From the NCBI GenBank assembly GCA_963805775.1, contig CAWDWK010000008.1, positions 33,920-97,919 on the forward strand: a stretch of 64,000 nt of DNA, read 5' to 3'. The stretch comes from an uncultured Solibacteraceae bacterium (GTDB lineage Bacteria; Acidobacteriota; Terriglobia; Bryobacterales; Bryobacteraceae). Within the stretch, counting starts at the first letter, position 1. Each line of letters begins with the position of its first letter. The notes under the pieces are model-generated. The model made no database searches. It was not told the origin of the DNA and saw only the letters and a program-made list of their open reading frames with translations. The translations under genes were made by a program, and so were the position numbers. Shown one piece after another: positions 54,881 to 64,000 of this stretch.

Positions 54881-55855
54881 ATGGATCTCTGGACTCTGAG
54901 CGATCTTTGCACGCCATGGTGCGTACATGTGGTAGCGACGCTGCGCGTGGCCGATCACATTGCGGCGGGCATTACCGAGATTGGTCCGCTCGCCGCGGCA
55001 GCAGGCGCCGACCGCGACTCGCTGCACAGGGTGCTGCGGCACCTTGTGAGCAAGGGCCTGTTCACAGAGTCGGCGCCCGGCCGTTTCGAACTCACCGAGA
55101 CTGCCCACGGGCTCCTGGGGGAATCGGGCCGCCTGGTATATGACCTGGATTCTTTCGGCGGCCGCATGGCCCACGCCTGGGGGACCATGCTTTCCGCCGT
55201 GCGCAGCGGCAAGCCGGCCTATCACGAGGCCTTCGGGCGCGGGTTCTGGGACGATATGGATGCTCACCCGGATATCGGCGCGAAGTTCGATGAGCTGATG
55301 GGGCCGGCAGGGCACGGCCTGCCGGACTGGCGCGTGCTGGTGAATCCGGCGGACTGGGAATCGGTGCGCATGGTGGTGGACGTCGGCGGCGGCACGGGAA
55401 CGATGCTCGCGGAGATCCTGCGCGCACAGCCCGAGGTGCGTGGCACGCTGGTCGACCTGCCGCGGCCGGTGGCGCAGTCGGCCAAGGTGTTCCAAGCGGC
55501 GGGCGTGGCGGATCGGGCCACCGCCGTGGCGCAGAGCTTCTTCGACCCGCTGCCCGCCGGAAGCGACCTTTATGTACTGAAGAATGTCCTCGGCGACTGG
55601 CCGGATCGCGAGGCGACTGCCATTCTCAAACGCTGCGCGGAAGCAGCGCGGCCAACGGGTCGCGTAGTGGCGTTCATCGGCGCGGGACCTGGCGAGGAAG
55701 CATCGCCGGAGTTGCTGATGATGGTGCTGGTGGGCGGCAGAGGCCGGACGCTGGACGAGTTCCGCGAGATGGCTCGCGAGGCAGGACTGGAAGTGACCGC
55801 CGTGGGCCGCCAGTCCTCGGGCCGCGTCATCGCGGAGTGCCGGCCAACGCCCTAG
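54881..55855 (+). CDS. class I SAM-dependent O-methyltransferase (family 2, with N-terminal dimerisation/winged-helix domain)
   Basis: SAM motif VVDVGGGTGTML, later DLYVLKNVLGDWPD, and an N-terminal HTH-like LHRVLRHLVSKGLF. Confidence 0.8.
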   Translation: MDLWTLSDLCTPWCVHVVATLRVADHIAAGITEIGPLAAAAGADRDSLHRVLRHLVSKGLFTESAPGRFELTETAHGLLGESGRLVYDLDSFGGRMAHAWGTMLSAVRSGKPAYHEAFGRGFWDDMDAHPDIGAKFDELMGPAGHGLPDWRVLVNPADWESVRMVVDVGGGTGTMLAEILRAQPEVRGTLVDLPRPVAQSAKVFQAAGVADRATAVAQSFFDPLPAGSDLYVLKNVLGDWPDREATAILKRCAEAARPTGRVVAFIGAGPGEEASPELLMMVLVGGRGRTLDEFREMAREAGLEVTAVGRQSSGRVIAECRPTP

Positions 55856-56026
55856 TCCCTTACCCCGCGTTTGAGCGAAATCCAGCCTCTCCTGTTCCCC
55901 CAATTTGCGCAATATGACCCAGTTTTCGCCGCGCCTGACGGGACCAGTTGTTGAATATTTCCATAAAACCAGCCAATTTAAGTGTAAAAGACCTTTTGGT
56001 CCTCTACGTGCTCGCCCCACGCCAAC

Positions 56027-56485
56027 ATGGAGAAGTTCTTACGGGACTCGGGACACCTGATTCGGCCGGCAATCGTGCTGCTGGCCGGCCTGGGGCTGTT
56101 TATGGTGATTCGCTCGGCTGTAGTTCCCAAGGGCTTCGGTCAGTACGGCCACTACCGTCCCGGCGCCCTGGCAGCCATCCGCCAGCATCCCATCTCCTAC
56201 GCTGGACAGGGCACCTGCGTTCTGTGCCATGAGGAAGAAGGGAAGGTCCGCGCCTCCGGCAAACATGCCCACGTGGCCTGCGAGACCTGCCATGGGCCGC
56301 TGGCCAAGCATGCGGACGATCCCGCCGCCAACGTCCCCAAACTTCCCACCGTCGCCACTCTCTGCGCACGCTGCCACGAACAGGACACGGCGAAGCCCAA
56401 GACGTTTCCGCAAGTGGTCACCGCCGAGCACTCCGGCGGCATGGCCTGCAACGATTGTCACAAGCCGCACAATCCGCACCTCTGA
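56027..56485 (+). CDS. membrane-anchored tetraheme c-type cytochrome
   Basis: N-terminal TM helix (IRPAIVLLAGLGLFMVI). Heme motifs CVLCH, CETCH, CARCH, CNDCH. Confidence 0.8.
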   Translation: MEKFLRDSGHLIRPAIVLLAGLGLFMVIRSAVVPKGFGQYGHYRPGALAAIRQHPISYAGQGTCVLCHEEEGKVRASGKHAHVACETCHGPLAKHADDPAANVPKLPTVATLCARCHEQDTAKPKTFPQVVTAEHSGGMACNDCHKPHNPHL

Positions 56486-56500
56486 GGAACAGGAGCATCT

Positions 56501-57244
56501 ATGGAAATCACCCGTCGAGACATGATGAGCGTGGGCGGCAAACTCCTGATGATCGCCAGCGTGGGCGCAACCTTCGAACAGATCACCGGCGCCGAACCGC
56601 CCCCCGATACCTACCGCATGGCCGACCACTGGTGGGGCATGATTATCGACATCGATAAATGCATCGGCTGCGGCAACTGTGTACGCGCCTGCTCCAATGA
56701 GAATCAGGTTCCCAAGGACTACTTCCGCACCTGGGTGGAGCGTTACGAAGTCCCGGAAGGCTACGTCAATCCGCACGTCAGCTCCCCGCAGGGAGCCATT
56801 AACGGTTTTCCGCCCTCCAAACAGACCAACCTCAAGAGCTTCTTCGTACCCAAGCTCTGCAACCACTGCGCGGATTCCCCCTGCGTGCAGGTCTGCCCGG
56901 TGGGCGCCACTTTCGTCAGCCCGGATGGCGTGGTGCTGGTGGACAAGGACTATTGCCTGGGCTGCCGCTACTGCGTGCAGGCCTGCCCCTACGGCTGCCG
57001 CTACCTGCACCCCGAAACTGAAACCGTGGACAAGTGCACCCTTTGCTACCACCGCATTACCCAGGGTTTGACCACTGCGTGTTGCGAGAACTGTCCCACC
57101 GGTGCACGCCAACTGGTGGACTTCAAGGATCCCAAGGACCCCGTGCACGAATTCCTGCGTGAAAACAAAGTCTCCGTGTTGAAGCCGAACATGGCCACGG
57201 AAGCCAAGGTCTATTACAAGAACCTCGACGGCTCGGTGCGATAG
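56501..57244 (+). CDS. Tat-exported 4Fe-4S cluster protein (NrfC/PsrB/DsrO-like)
   Basis: AGGAG plus ATG. Leader MEITRRDMMSVGG. Four Cys clusters (CIGCGNCVRAC, CNHCADSPCVQVCP, CLGCRYCVQACP, CTLCYHR...CCENCP). Confidence 0.85.
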   Translation: MEITRRDMMSVGGKLLMIASVGATFEQITGAEPPPDTYRMADHWWGMIIDIDKCIGCGNCVRACSNENQVPKDYFRTWVERYEVPEGYVNPHVSSPQGAINGFPPSKQTNLKSFFVPKLCNHCADSPCVQVCPVGATFVSPDGVVLVDKDYCLGCRYCVQACPYGCRYLHPETETVDKCTLCYHRITQGLTTACCENCPTGARQLVDFKDPKDPVHEFLRENKVSVLKPNMATEAKVYYKNLDGSVR

Positions 57245-57257
57245 AAGGAGCGAAACG

Positions 57258-58427
57258 ATGATTCCTGGCGTCGACGGTTTCATGTACCCGAACGAGGTGG
57301 AGTTGCAGTGGAGCGTGCTCATCGTGCTCTACCCGTTTGTCACCGGCCTGGTAGCCGGAGCTTTCATTCTGGCGTCGCTGGAGCGCGTCTTTAAAGTGGA
57401 AGCGGTGCGCCCCACTTACCGCCTGGCGCTGCTCACGGCGCTCTCGTTCCTGCTGGTGGCGCCGCTGCCGCTGCAAATGCACCTGGGCCACCCCGAGCGC
57501 TCCTTCGAGATGTACACCACGCCGCACCGCTCGTCGGCCATGGCCATGTTCGGTTTCGTCTATCTCTGGTATCTCACCGTCGTACTCTTATTGGAAATCT
57601 GGCTGGACTACCGCGCCGATATCGTGCGCTTGGCGCAATCCTCCAAGGGCTTTCTACGCCTGATCTACCGTGCGCTCACCCTGGGCTCGATGAACGTCAG
57701 TCCCGCCGCGCGCAACATCGACGACAAGGTAGGCTATGCGGTTACCGTGATCGGCATTCCGTCGGCATTCATGCTCCACGGATATGTCGGCTTCATCTTC
57801 GGCTCCATCAAAGCCAACCCGTGGTGGAGCACGCCGCTCATGCCCATCGTATTTCTGTTTTCCGCCATGGTGTCGGGTATCGCGGCGGTCCTGTTACTCT
57901 ACATGGGCTCCATGAAGCTGAAGAAAACGCCCATCGACATGCGCTGCATCGATACCATCGCCAAGTATCTGTTCTACACTTTCGTCATCGATTTCACCCT
58001 GGAAATGCTGGACCTGATTCACCGCACTTACGAGAGCGACGAAAGCTTCCGCAGCCTGGATTTCATGGTGCATACGCGCCTGTGGTACTCGCACGTCATT
58101 CTGCAGATCGGCCTGGGCACCCTGATTCCGCTCGCGCTCCTAGCCGCCAATCAACTCTGGAAATTCAGCGAGGCGAGGCGGAAGCTGATGTACGTGACGG
58201 CATGTTCGCTCACCATGATCGGGATCTTCGCCATGCGCTGGAATATTGTCATCGGCGGCCAGTTATTCTCCAAGAGTTTCCTGGGCTATACCACTTACAA
58301 AGTCGACTTAGTCACCCGCGAAGGGTTGCTCGCGGCAATTGCGCTGATGCTGCTGCCCTTTGTCATCTTTTTCGTGCTGGTGAAGATCCTGCCTCCGTGG
58401 CAGGAAAGCGAGGCTCATAAAGCCTGA
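57258..58427 (+). CDS. NrfD/PsrC-like polytopic quinone-interacting membrane subunit
   Basis: AAGGAG plus ATG. 389 aa, about 8-10 TM segments. Its position after the FeS subunit matches NrfCD-type modules. Confidence 0.75.
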   Translation: MIPGVDGFMYPNEVELQWSVLIVLYPFVTGLVAGAFILASLERVFKVEAVRPTYRLALLTALSFLLVAPLPLQMHLGHPERSFEMYTTPHRSSAMAMFGFVYLWYLTVVLLLEIWLDYRADIVRLAQSSKGFLRLIYRALTLGSMNVSPAARNIDDKVGYAVTVIGIPSAFMLHGYVGFIFGSIKANPWWSTPLMPIVFLFSAMVSGIAAVLLLYMGSMKLKKTPIDMRCIDTIAKYLFYTFVIDFTLEMLDLIHRTYESDESFRSLDFMVHTRLWYSHVILQIGLGTLIPLALLAANQLWKFSEARRKLMYVTACSLTMIGIFAMRWNIVIGGQLFSKSFLGYTTYKVDLVTREGLLAAIALMLLPFVIFFVLVKILPPWQESEAHKA

Positions 58428-58437
58428 GGAGGTTGCC

Positions 58438-60159
58438 TTGTCGCAACCCGAGTTGGACGCGCTGGCCGGCGAAGTTCGCGACCTGCAAACTCGTGTAGCC
58501 CGCATGGAAACGGCCATGGGGCTGTCTCCCGCGAGTCCCATCCGAGCCGCGAGCGTTAGCGAGCGGTCTCCCGCGCCGGATCCGCCACCCCCACTCCTGG
58601 AATCTCCCATCTCGCTCCTCCCGGTCATCGGTCGTGCGCTGCTCGGCCTGGCAGGCGCCTTCCTGCTGCGCGCGCTGACCGAAGCCGGAACCTTCTCGCC
58701 GCGTATGGGCGTAGCCATCGGCTTGGTCTACGCCATGTTGTGGCTGGTCTGGGCAGCGCGCACTCCGGCCGCGCGGCGCCTGGAAACCGCGCTCCACGGC
58801 CTGACCTCCGTGCTGGTGCTCTCTCCGCTGCTCTTTGAGGCCACCGTGCGCTTCCACGCCGTCTCCACGTGGACGGCGGGCGCCCTCCTGTTGACGTTCA
58901 CCCTCTTCGGACTCGCCGTATCCTGGCGCAAAGATCTGCTGATCGTGGCCACCTTCGCCACGCTGGCAGGACTCGGTACCAGCATCGCCCTCCTGCTTGC
59001 CACAGAAGACGTCCTGCCCTTCACGTTCGTGCTTCTCGCCATCGCCCTGGCCATGGAAGTCTCCGCCTGCCTGAATCACTGGATGAGCGGGCGCTGGCTC
59101 ACCGCCGCCGCCGCCGACCTCGCGGTGCTGCTCGCCACCTGGCTGGTGACCAACGAGCGCGGACTGCCGGAAGGCTATGTCGCCATCCCGCACTCGGCCT
59201 TGCTTGCCGCGCAGGTTGCGCTGCTGGCCATTTATCTGTCCAGCACCATCGTCCGCACCCTGCTGCGCGGATTCACCTTCACCTGGTTCGAGACCGCGCA
59301 GTGCGCGCTCGCCTTCCTCATCAGCGTGGGCGGCGGCCTGCAACTCACCAGCGCCGATCCGCGCGTCGCGCCCGCGCTGGCGACGCTCTCGTTGCTGTGC
59401 GCGGCCGCCTGCTACCTGGTTTCCTTCCTGATGCTCGACGTCGGGGGCGAACGGCACACCCGCAACTTCCACACCTATTCCACCTTCGGCATTCTACTCA
59501 CCATCGCGGGCAGCCGCATTCTGCTTTCCGGTGCCGCGGCGGCCGTGGCCTGGAGCGTGCTGGCGGTGGCCGCTATCTGGGTCGGCGGCATTTTCCTCCG
59601 CCTCACGCTGAAGGTCCACGGCACCATTTTCCTGCTCCTTGCCCTGGGCGCCTCGAGCGCGCTGGAACAGGCGGCGGGCCTGCTGCTGGGCTCCCGCACG
59701 TGGCCCGGGGGCGCTCCCTGGGCGATCTGGAGCGGCGCGCTTACGGCGACCCTGTGCTATGTCATAGGAACCCGCCACGCCGCGGCGGTAACGCCCAGCT
59801 GGAGTTCGCGCGCACTGCGCATTCTGGTGGCGGGAACCGCAGTCTGCCTGGTGGCAGGCATTGCCGCCGGACTGCTCACTGCCGCCTATCACGCGACATT
59901 CGGTGCCGAAGCCACCCACGCCTATTGCGCCACCCTGCGCACCTTCGTGCTTTCGGCCGTGGCGCTCCTGCTCGCCTGGGCCGCCGGTCGCTGGGACCGC
60001 CAGGAGTTTGGGCGCCTGGTGTACCCGGTGATGGCTCTCGGCGCCTACCGCATGATCGGTGTGGACTTGCACCAGGATCGCACCACCGCGCTATTCCTCT
60101 CGCTCCTGCTCTACGGAGGCGCGCTGATCCTGCTTCCCAAGCTGATTCGCGCCCGGTAA
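58438..60159 (+). CDS. polytopic membrane protein, DUF2339-like
   Basis: TTG start 5 nt after GAGGAGG, which overlaps the NrfD-like stop. Short coiled N-terminus (LDALAGEVRDLQTRVARMETAMG), a Pro-rich spacer, then >12 hydrophobic segments. The DUF2339 assignment is from memory of that architecture. Confidence 0.6.
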   Translation: MSQPELDALAGEVRDLQTRVARMETAMGLSPASPIRAASVSERSPAPDPPPPLLESPISLLPVIGRALLGLAGAFLLRALTEAGTFSPRMGVAIGLVYAMLWLVWAARTPAARRLETALHGLTSVLVLSPLLFEATVRFHAVSTWTAGALLLTFTLFGLAVSWRKDLLIVATFATLAGLGTSIALLLATEDVLPFTFVLLAIALAMEVSACLNHWMSGRWLTAAAADLAVLLATWLVTNERGLPEGYVAIPHSALLAAQVALLAIYLSSTIVRTLLRGFTFTWFETAQCALAFLISVGGGLQLTSADPRVAPALATLSLLCAAACYLVSFLMLDVGGERHTRNFHTYSTFGILLTIAGSRILLSGAAAAVAWSVLAVAAIWVGGIFLRLTLKVHGTIFLLLALGASSALEQAAGLLLGSRTWPGGAPWAIWSGALTATLCYVIGTRHAAAVTPSWSSRALRILVAGTAVCLVAGIAAGLLTAAYHATFGAEATHAYCATLRTFVLSAVALLLAWAAGRWDRQEFGRLVYPVMALGAYRMIGVDLHQDRTTALFLSLLLYGGALILLPKLIRAR

Positions 60160-60265
60160 TCCGGCATAGCTGGCGAGTGCTTAATCGTCTTGGGGTATAC
60201 GGCGAGAAGACAGTTTCTGGCCAGCCGCGATCCATCTTGCGGCGCGAGGGCTAGCCAATCTGAAC

Positions 60266-60294
60266 TTGACTCGCGTCATCTTACCGGATAAGCT
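60266..60294 (+). promoter_or_regulatory. candidate sigma-70-type promoter of the second PadR-ADOP pair
   Basis: TTGACT (60266-60271), 17-nt spacer, TAAGCT (60289-60294). Lies 14 nt upstream of ATG 60308. Confidence 0.3.
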
Positions 60295-60306
60295 AAGAAT
60301 TCTTGG
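60293..60306. promoter_or_regulatory. candidate PadR operator (palindrome just upstream of the padR start codon)
   Basis: CTAAGAATTCTTGG. The central 10 bp AAGAATTCTT (60295-60304) are a perfect palindrome ending 3 nt before the ATG. Confidence 0.3.
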
Positions 60307-60307
60307 T

Positions 60308-60646
60308 ATGGGACGCAAGGCGAAAAAGAACGATTCGTTACCCGGTTCACTGGACATGTTGATTCTGCGGACACTGTCACGGCGCGACCTCCATGGATAC
60401 GGCATCGTCCAGTTCATTCAACAATCGTCCGACAACGAGCTCCTCGTCGAGGAGGGCTCGCTGTACCCCGCTCTGCAGCGGCTGGAGCTGAACGGCTGGA
60501 TCGACGGTGTCTGGGGCGTGACGTCGAATAATCGGCGGGCGAGGGTCTACAAGATCACGGCGGCCGGGCGCAAACAGCTGGCGGTTGAAACCCGGAAGTA
60601 CGCCAAACTCACGCTGGCGATCGCCCGTGTGATGGGAGCGGAGTGA
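60308..60646 (+). CDS. PadR-family transcriptional regulator (acidobacterial type)
   Basis: GSLDMLILRTLSRRDLHGYGIV...GSLYPALQRLELNGWI...RRARVYKITAAGRKQL. The ORF is open from 60266. Confidence 0.85.
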   Translation: MGRKAKKNDSLPGSLDMLILRTLSRRDLHGYGIVQFIQQSSDNELLVEEGSLYPALQRLELNGWIDGVWGVTSNNRRARVYKITAAGRKQLAVETRKYAKLTLAIARVMGAE

Positions 60647-63387
60647 CAGACATGGTGATACGGCGGCTGAGGTACTGGAGGGAGAGCGCCTGGCGCAGCG
60701 AGGCGCTGCGTGAGGAAATGGAACTCCACCTTGCGGAAAAAGCCGCGGAACTCGAAGCAGACGGTATGACGCCGGAGTACGCCCGCGCTGAAGCCCGCCG
60801 GCGATTTGGCAACGTCGGCCTGAAGCAGGAAGAGTCACGGGATATTTGGATGACACGGTTTTTATCGGAACTTGGCCAGGATGTCCGCTACGGCTGTCGC
60901 ACCATGATCGCCAACAAGGCATTCAGCGCCCTGGCCGTTCTGTCGCTGGCGCTCGGCATCGGCGCCAATACTACGATCTACAGCTTGATGGAGTCGATTC
61001 TGTTGCGTTCGCTGCCGGTGGCCGATCCCGAGTCGCTGGTGGTCTTGAATTGGCATAGCCGGCCGCCCCAGAACGCCAATAAGGAGTCGGTCCACGTTAT
61101 GCACGCGTTACAGGGCTTGGCGTGGCCCGGCAACAATGGCGACATGGTCCTTGGCATCTTCCCATACGGCGCGTTCGAGACGCTTCGCGAGGAGAATCCC
61201 GTCTTTTCCACGCTTTTCGGATACTTCAACGGACATAATAAGACCCTGGCCATCCGCGGGCAGGCCACGAGCGCCGGCACGGAGTACGTCACCGGCGAAT
61301 ATTTCCGCGGCCTGACAGTGTCGCCGGCCGCGGGACGTCTGATCGACTCCGAAGACGACCGCCCAGGCGCAGCGCCGGTCGCGGTCATCAGCTTTGCGAC
61401 CAGCCAGCAGCGCTTTGGGGGACCGTCGAGTGCGATCGGACAACCGGTTCTCGTCGATAATGTGCCCTTCACGGTGATCGGCGTGGCGCCGCCGGAATTC
61501 TTCGGAGTCGACCCTGCGGCGGCGCCGGACCTTTACCTTCCGTTGCACACGAATCTGCTCGTGGACAGTGCCGGGGCGGCTCGTATGTATCCCGACGGAA
61601 ACTTCTACTGGATCGAAATGATGGGCCGCCTGCGTCCCGGCGTCAGCATGGCGCAGGCGCAGGCAGCGCTGGCTCCTCGTTTCCATGAATGGGTTGCCGC
61701 AACCGCGACCACCGACGGTGAGCGCGCCAAACTGCCCGCGCTGATGCTGAATCCCGGCGCCGCCGGTCTGGGAAGTTTGCGCCGCCAGTATTCCAAGCCT
61801 CTGTACGTACTCCTGACGATGGTGGGATTGATCCTGGCGATCGCGTGCGCGAACATCGCCAATCTACTGCTGGCAAGGGCCGCCGCGCGACGCCGCGAAA
61901 TGGCTGTCCGGCTCAGCCTGGGAGCGGGACGGCTCCGCATCGTGCGGCAGTTGCTTACCGAGAGTGTGATGCTGGCGTCGCTCGGCGGAGCATTCGGGGT
62001 CTTGTTTGCGATCTGGGGCGTGCGGTCGCTGACGTTTCTGTTCTCCCACGGGCAGGAGAACTTTACGCTGCACGCGGAATTGAACTGGCACGTGCTGGGC
62101 GTGACGGCGGCGCTCTCACTGGTTTGCGGCCTGTTATTTGGCCTCGCTCCAGCGATTCAGTCGACGCGTGCGGACGTCATGCCCGCGCTAAAGAATGGAC
62201 GCGGGGGCGGACCGCGCCGCCGCGCGCAGCACGTGCTGGTGGTCGCCCAAATCGCGATGTCATTTCTCATCCTGGTCGCCGCCGGTCTGTTTGTCCGGAC
62301 ACTCAACAACCTGCACTCCGTCCAACTGGGATACGCTCGCGAGAACATCCTTCTGTTCTCGTTGAATGCGCGCCAGGCCGGGCACGCGAGCGCGGAGATC
62401 GCCATTTTTTACGCGGACCTGCGCAAGCGCTTCGAAGCGATCCCGGGCGTGAGCAGCGCGACGCTTTCGCAATCCTCGATCATCAACGCCGGCCGCGCCG
62501 GGCAGGCAATCAGGGGGCCAATGAAGATCGGCGCTGTTACCATCGATGGCGCACGCGTCATGGCCGCCGGACCGCGTTTCCTCACGACGATGCAGATTCC
62601 GCTCCTGGCCGGGCGTGAGATCGACGACCGCGACCAACCGGGCTCCAGGCCGGTTGCAGTGATCAGCGAGCGACTGGCGAGGACTTACTTCGGGAACGAG
62701 AATCCGGTGGGCAGGCGCATCACGCTCCCGGACGAGAATCGCGATCTCGAAATCGTCGGCGTGTCGGCTAACCTGCGGTACGGTGGTCTGAAAAATGAAG
62801 AGGAGAGTGCCATGACCGTGTTCGTAGCGGTCAGCCAGTTTTCTTCGGAGCGAGTGACCTACGCGCTGCGCACTGCGGGTGATCCGCTGAGGTTTGTTCA
62901 GAGTGTGCATGAGATCGTGCGGGAGGCGGATTCCCGCATACCCGTCACCAACGTGGTCACACAGGCCGCGGAAATCGATCGGACGATAAGCCGGGAACTC
63001 ACGTTCGCGAAACTATGCACGGGTTTCGCGGTTCTGGCTCTCCTGATGGCGTGCGTGGGGCTCTACGGGACGATGTCGTACAGCGTCGCGCGGCAGACCG
63101 GCGAGATTGGAATCCGTATGGCTCTGGGCGCACGACGCGGCGCCGTGGTATGGATGGTTCTGCGCCGCGTTCTAATACTTGCGGCGGTGGGGCTCGCGAT
63201 CAGCGTGCCTGCCGCGTTGAGCGCGTCCCGGCTTGTCAAATCGTTTCTGTTTGGCACCCAGCCCAATGATCCGGGAACCCTGGTGCTGGCCGGCTTGGTC
63301 CTTGTAAGTGCCGCGATTCTCGCCGGCTATGCGCCGGCAAGGCGAGCGTCCCGAATTGATCCGCTGGCGGCTCTGCGGCAAGAGTAA
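60643..63387 (+). CDS. ADOP-family permease (MacB/FtsX-like, duplicated)
   Basis: GTGA overlap with padR (alternative ATG at 60652). MIANKAFSALAVLSLALGIGAN, two FtsX-type blocks, and C-terminal YAPARRASRIDPLAALRQE. Confidence 0.85.
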   Translation: MTDMVIRRLRYWRESAWRSEALREEMELHLAEKAAELEADGMTPEYARAEARRRFGNVGLKQEESRDIWMTRFLSELGQDVRYGCRTMIANKAFSALAVLSLALGIGANTTIYSLMESILLRSLPVADPESLVVLNWHSRPPQNANKESVHVMHALQGLAWPGNNGDMVLGIFPYGAFETLREENPVFSTLFGYFNGHNKTLAIRGQATSAGTEYVTGEYFRGLTVSPAAGRLIDSEDDRPGAAPVAVISFATSQQRFGGPSSAIGQPVLVDNVPFTVIGVAPPEFFGVDPAAAPDLYLPLHTNLLVDSAGAARMYPDGNFYWIEMMGRLRPGVSMAQAQAALAPRFHEWVAATATTDGERAKLPALMLNPGAAGLGSLRRQYSKPLYVLLTMVGLILAIACANIANLLLARAAARRREMAVRLSLGAGRLRIVRQLLTESVMLASLGGAFGVLFAIWGVRSLTFLFSHGQENFTLHAELNWHVLGVTAALSLVCGLLFGLAPAIQSTRADVMPALKNGRGGGPRRRAQHVLVVAQIAMSFLILVAAGLFVRTLNNLHSVQLGYARENILLFSLNARQAGHASAEIAIFYADLRKRFEAIPGVSSATLSQSSIINAGRAGQAIRGPMKIGAVTIDGARVMAAGPRFLTTMQIPLLAGREIDDRDQPGSRPVAVISERLARTYFGNENPVGRRITLPDENRDLEIVGVSANLRYGGLKNEEESAMTVFVAVSQFSSERVTYALRTAGDPLRFVQSVHEIVREADSRIPVTNVVTQAAEIDRTISRELTFAKLCTGFAVLALLMACVGLYGTMSYSVARQTGEIGIRMALGARRGAVVWMVLRRVLILAAVGLAISVPAALSASRLVKSFLFGTQPNDPGTLVLAGLVLVSAAILAGYAPARRASRIDPLAALRQE

Positions 63388-63417
63388 GACTCTGCAGGGG
63401 CTATAGGAGCAAGAGGA

Positions 63418-64000
63418 ATGATGAATCCAATCGCAAAAAGACTGATGGTGGCCGGACTGCTGACCGCAGTGGGCTTATGGGCGCAGGCGCCGGCTGAATT
63501 TGTCGCTGCTTCTATCAAACCGGCTGCGCCGATGGAGAACGGCCGCATGATGATCGGGATGCGGGGAGGTCCCGGGACGCCTTCTCCGGGACAAATGACA
63601 TTCACCAATGTTTCGCTTGCCGATATCTTGCAGCGGGCATACGACGTGAAGAGCTACCAGGTCTCGGGCCCGGATTGGATGTCGTCGGCGAGGTTCGATA
63701 TGGCCGCCAAGGTTCCGGCGGGTGCGACAAAGGCGCAGTCCAACGTCATGCTGCAGAATCTCCTTACCGATCGATTCAAGCTGGTTCTGCATCATTCGAC
63801 GAAAGAGTCCTCGATCTATGCGCTGCTGGTTGCGAAGGGCGGGCCGAAGCTCAAGGAATCGGCCAAAGAATCAACGGACGATGCGATTGCCGCGTCTCAG
63901 CCCGGCGGTCAGGGGATGGACGGTCCGGGACGCGGGATGATGGGCAAAGACGGAAAGCCGCAGTTGCCGCCCGGCACCCCGAAAGGCACTCCGATGATCA
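63418..64000 (+). CDS. secreted TIGR03435-like (Solibacter-type) uncharacterised protein, 3-prime end outside the window
   Basis: Not in the track because no stop is reached. AGGAG/GAGGA upstream of the ATG. MMNPIAKRLMVAGLLTAVGLWAQAPAEFVAASIKPAAP...TFTNVSLADILQRAY...FDMAAKVP...MLQNLLTDRFKLVLHH. Confidence 0.7.
   Translation, partial: MMNPIAKRLMVAGLLTAVGLWAQAPAEFVAASIKPAAPMENGRMMIGMRGGPGTPSPGQMTFTNVSLADILQRAYDVKSYQVSGPDWMSSARFDMAAKVPAGATKAQSNVMLQNLLTDRFKLVLHHSTKESSIYALLVAKGGPKLKESAKESTDDAIAASQPGGQGMDGPGRGMMGKDGKPQLPPGTPKGTPMI

Overview
GC-rich (above 60% by eye) chromosomal segment. The gene families are typical of Acidobacteriota of the Solibacter/Bryobacter type: PadR + ADOP permease pairs, TonB-dependent receptors with a carboxypeptidase-regulatory-like N-terminus, and proteins resembling the TIGR03435/03436/03437 families as I recall them. 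I support about 55 protein-coding genes or gene remnants. They cover sugar/inositol-related enzymes and transporters, amidohydrolases, uppS-cdsA, one two-component system, two periplasmic redox clusters (TPR + heptaheme cytochrome + two NHL propellers; tetraheme cytochrome + NrfC-like + NrfD-like + polytopic membrane protein) and a 1152-aa membrane protein of unknown function. I recognised no rRNA, tRNA, CRISPR array, transposase, integrase or phage genes. Three things are not explained by ordinary gene calls. (1) Two families of structured intergenic palindromic repeats, one of which appears interrupted by foreign DNA. (2) Many frame disruptions. Every isolated one I could resolve to the base lies in a short homopolymer run, so sequencing indels are the leading explanation. 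Two genes carry very dense disruptions. (3) A scrambled OmpR-type response regulator whose receiver fragment and DNA-binding domain lie on opposite strands. The ORF track prints M for alternative start codons, so several starts were re-placed by eye and remain uncertain. All product calls rest on motif recognition from memory; no database search was run.
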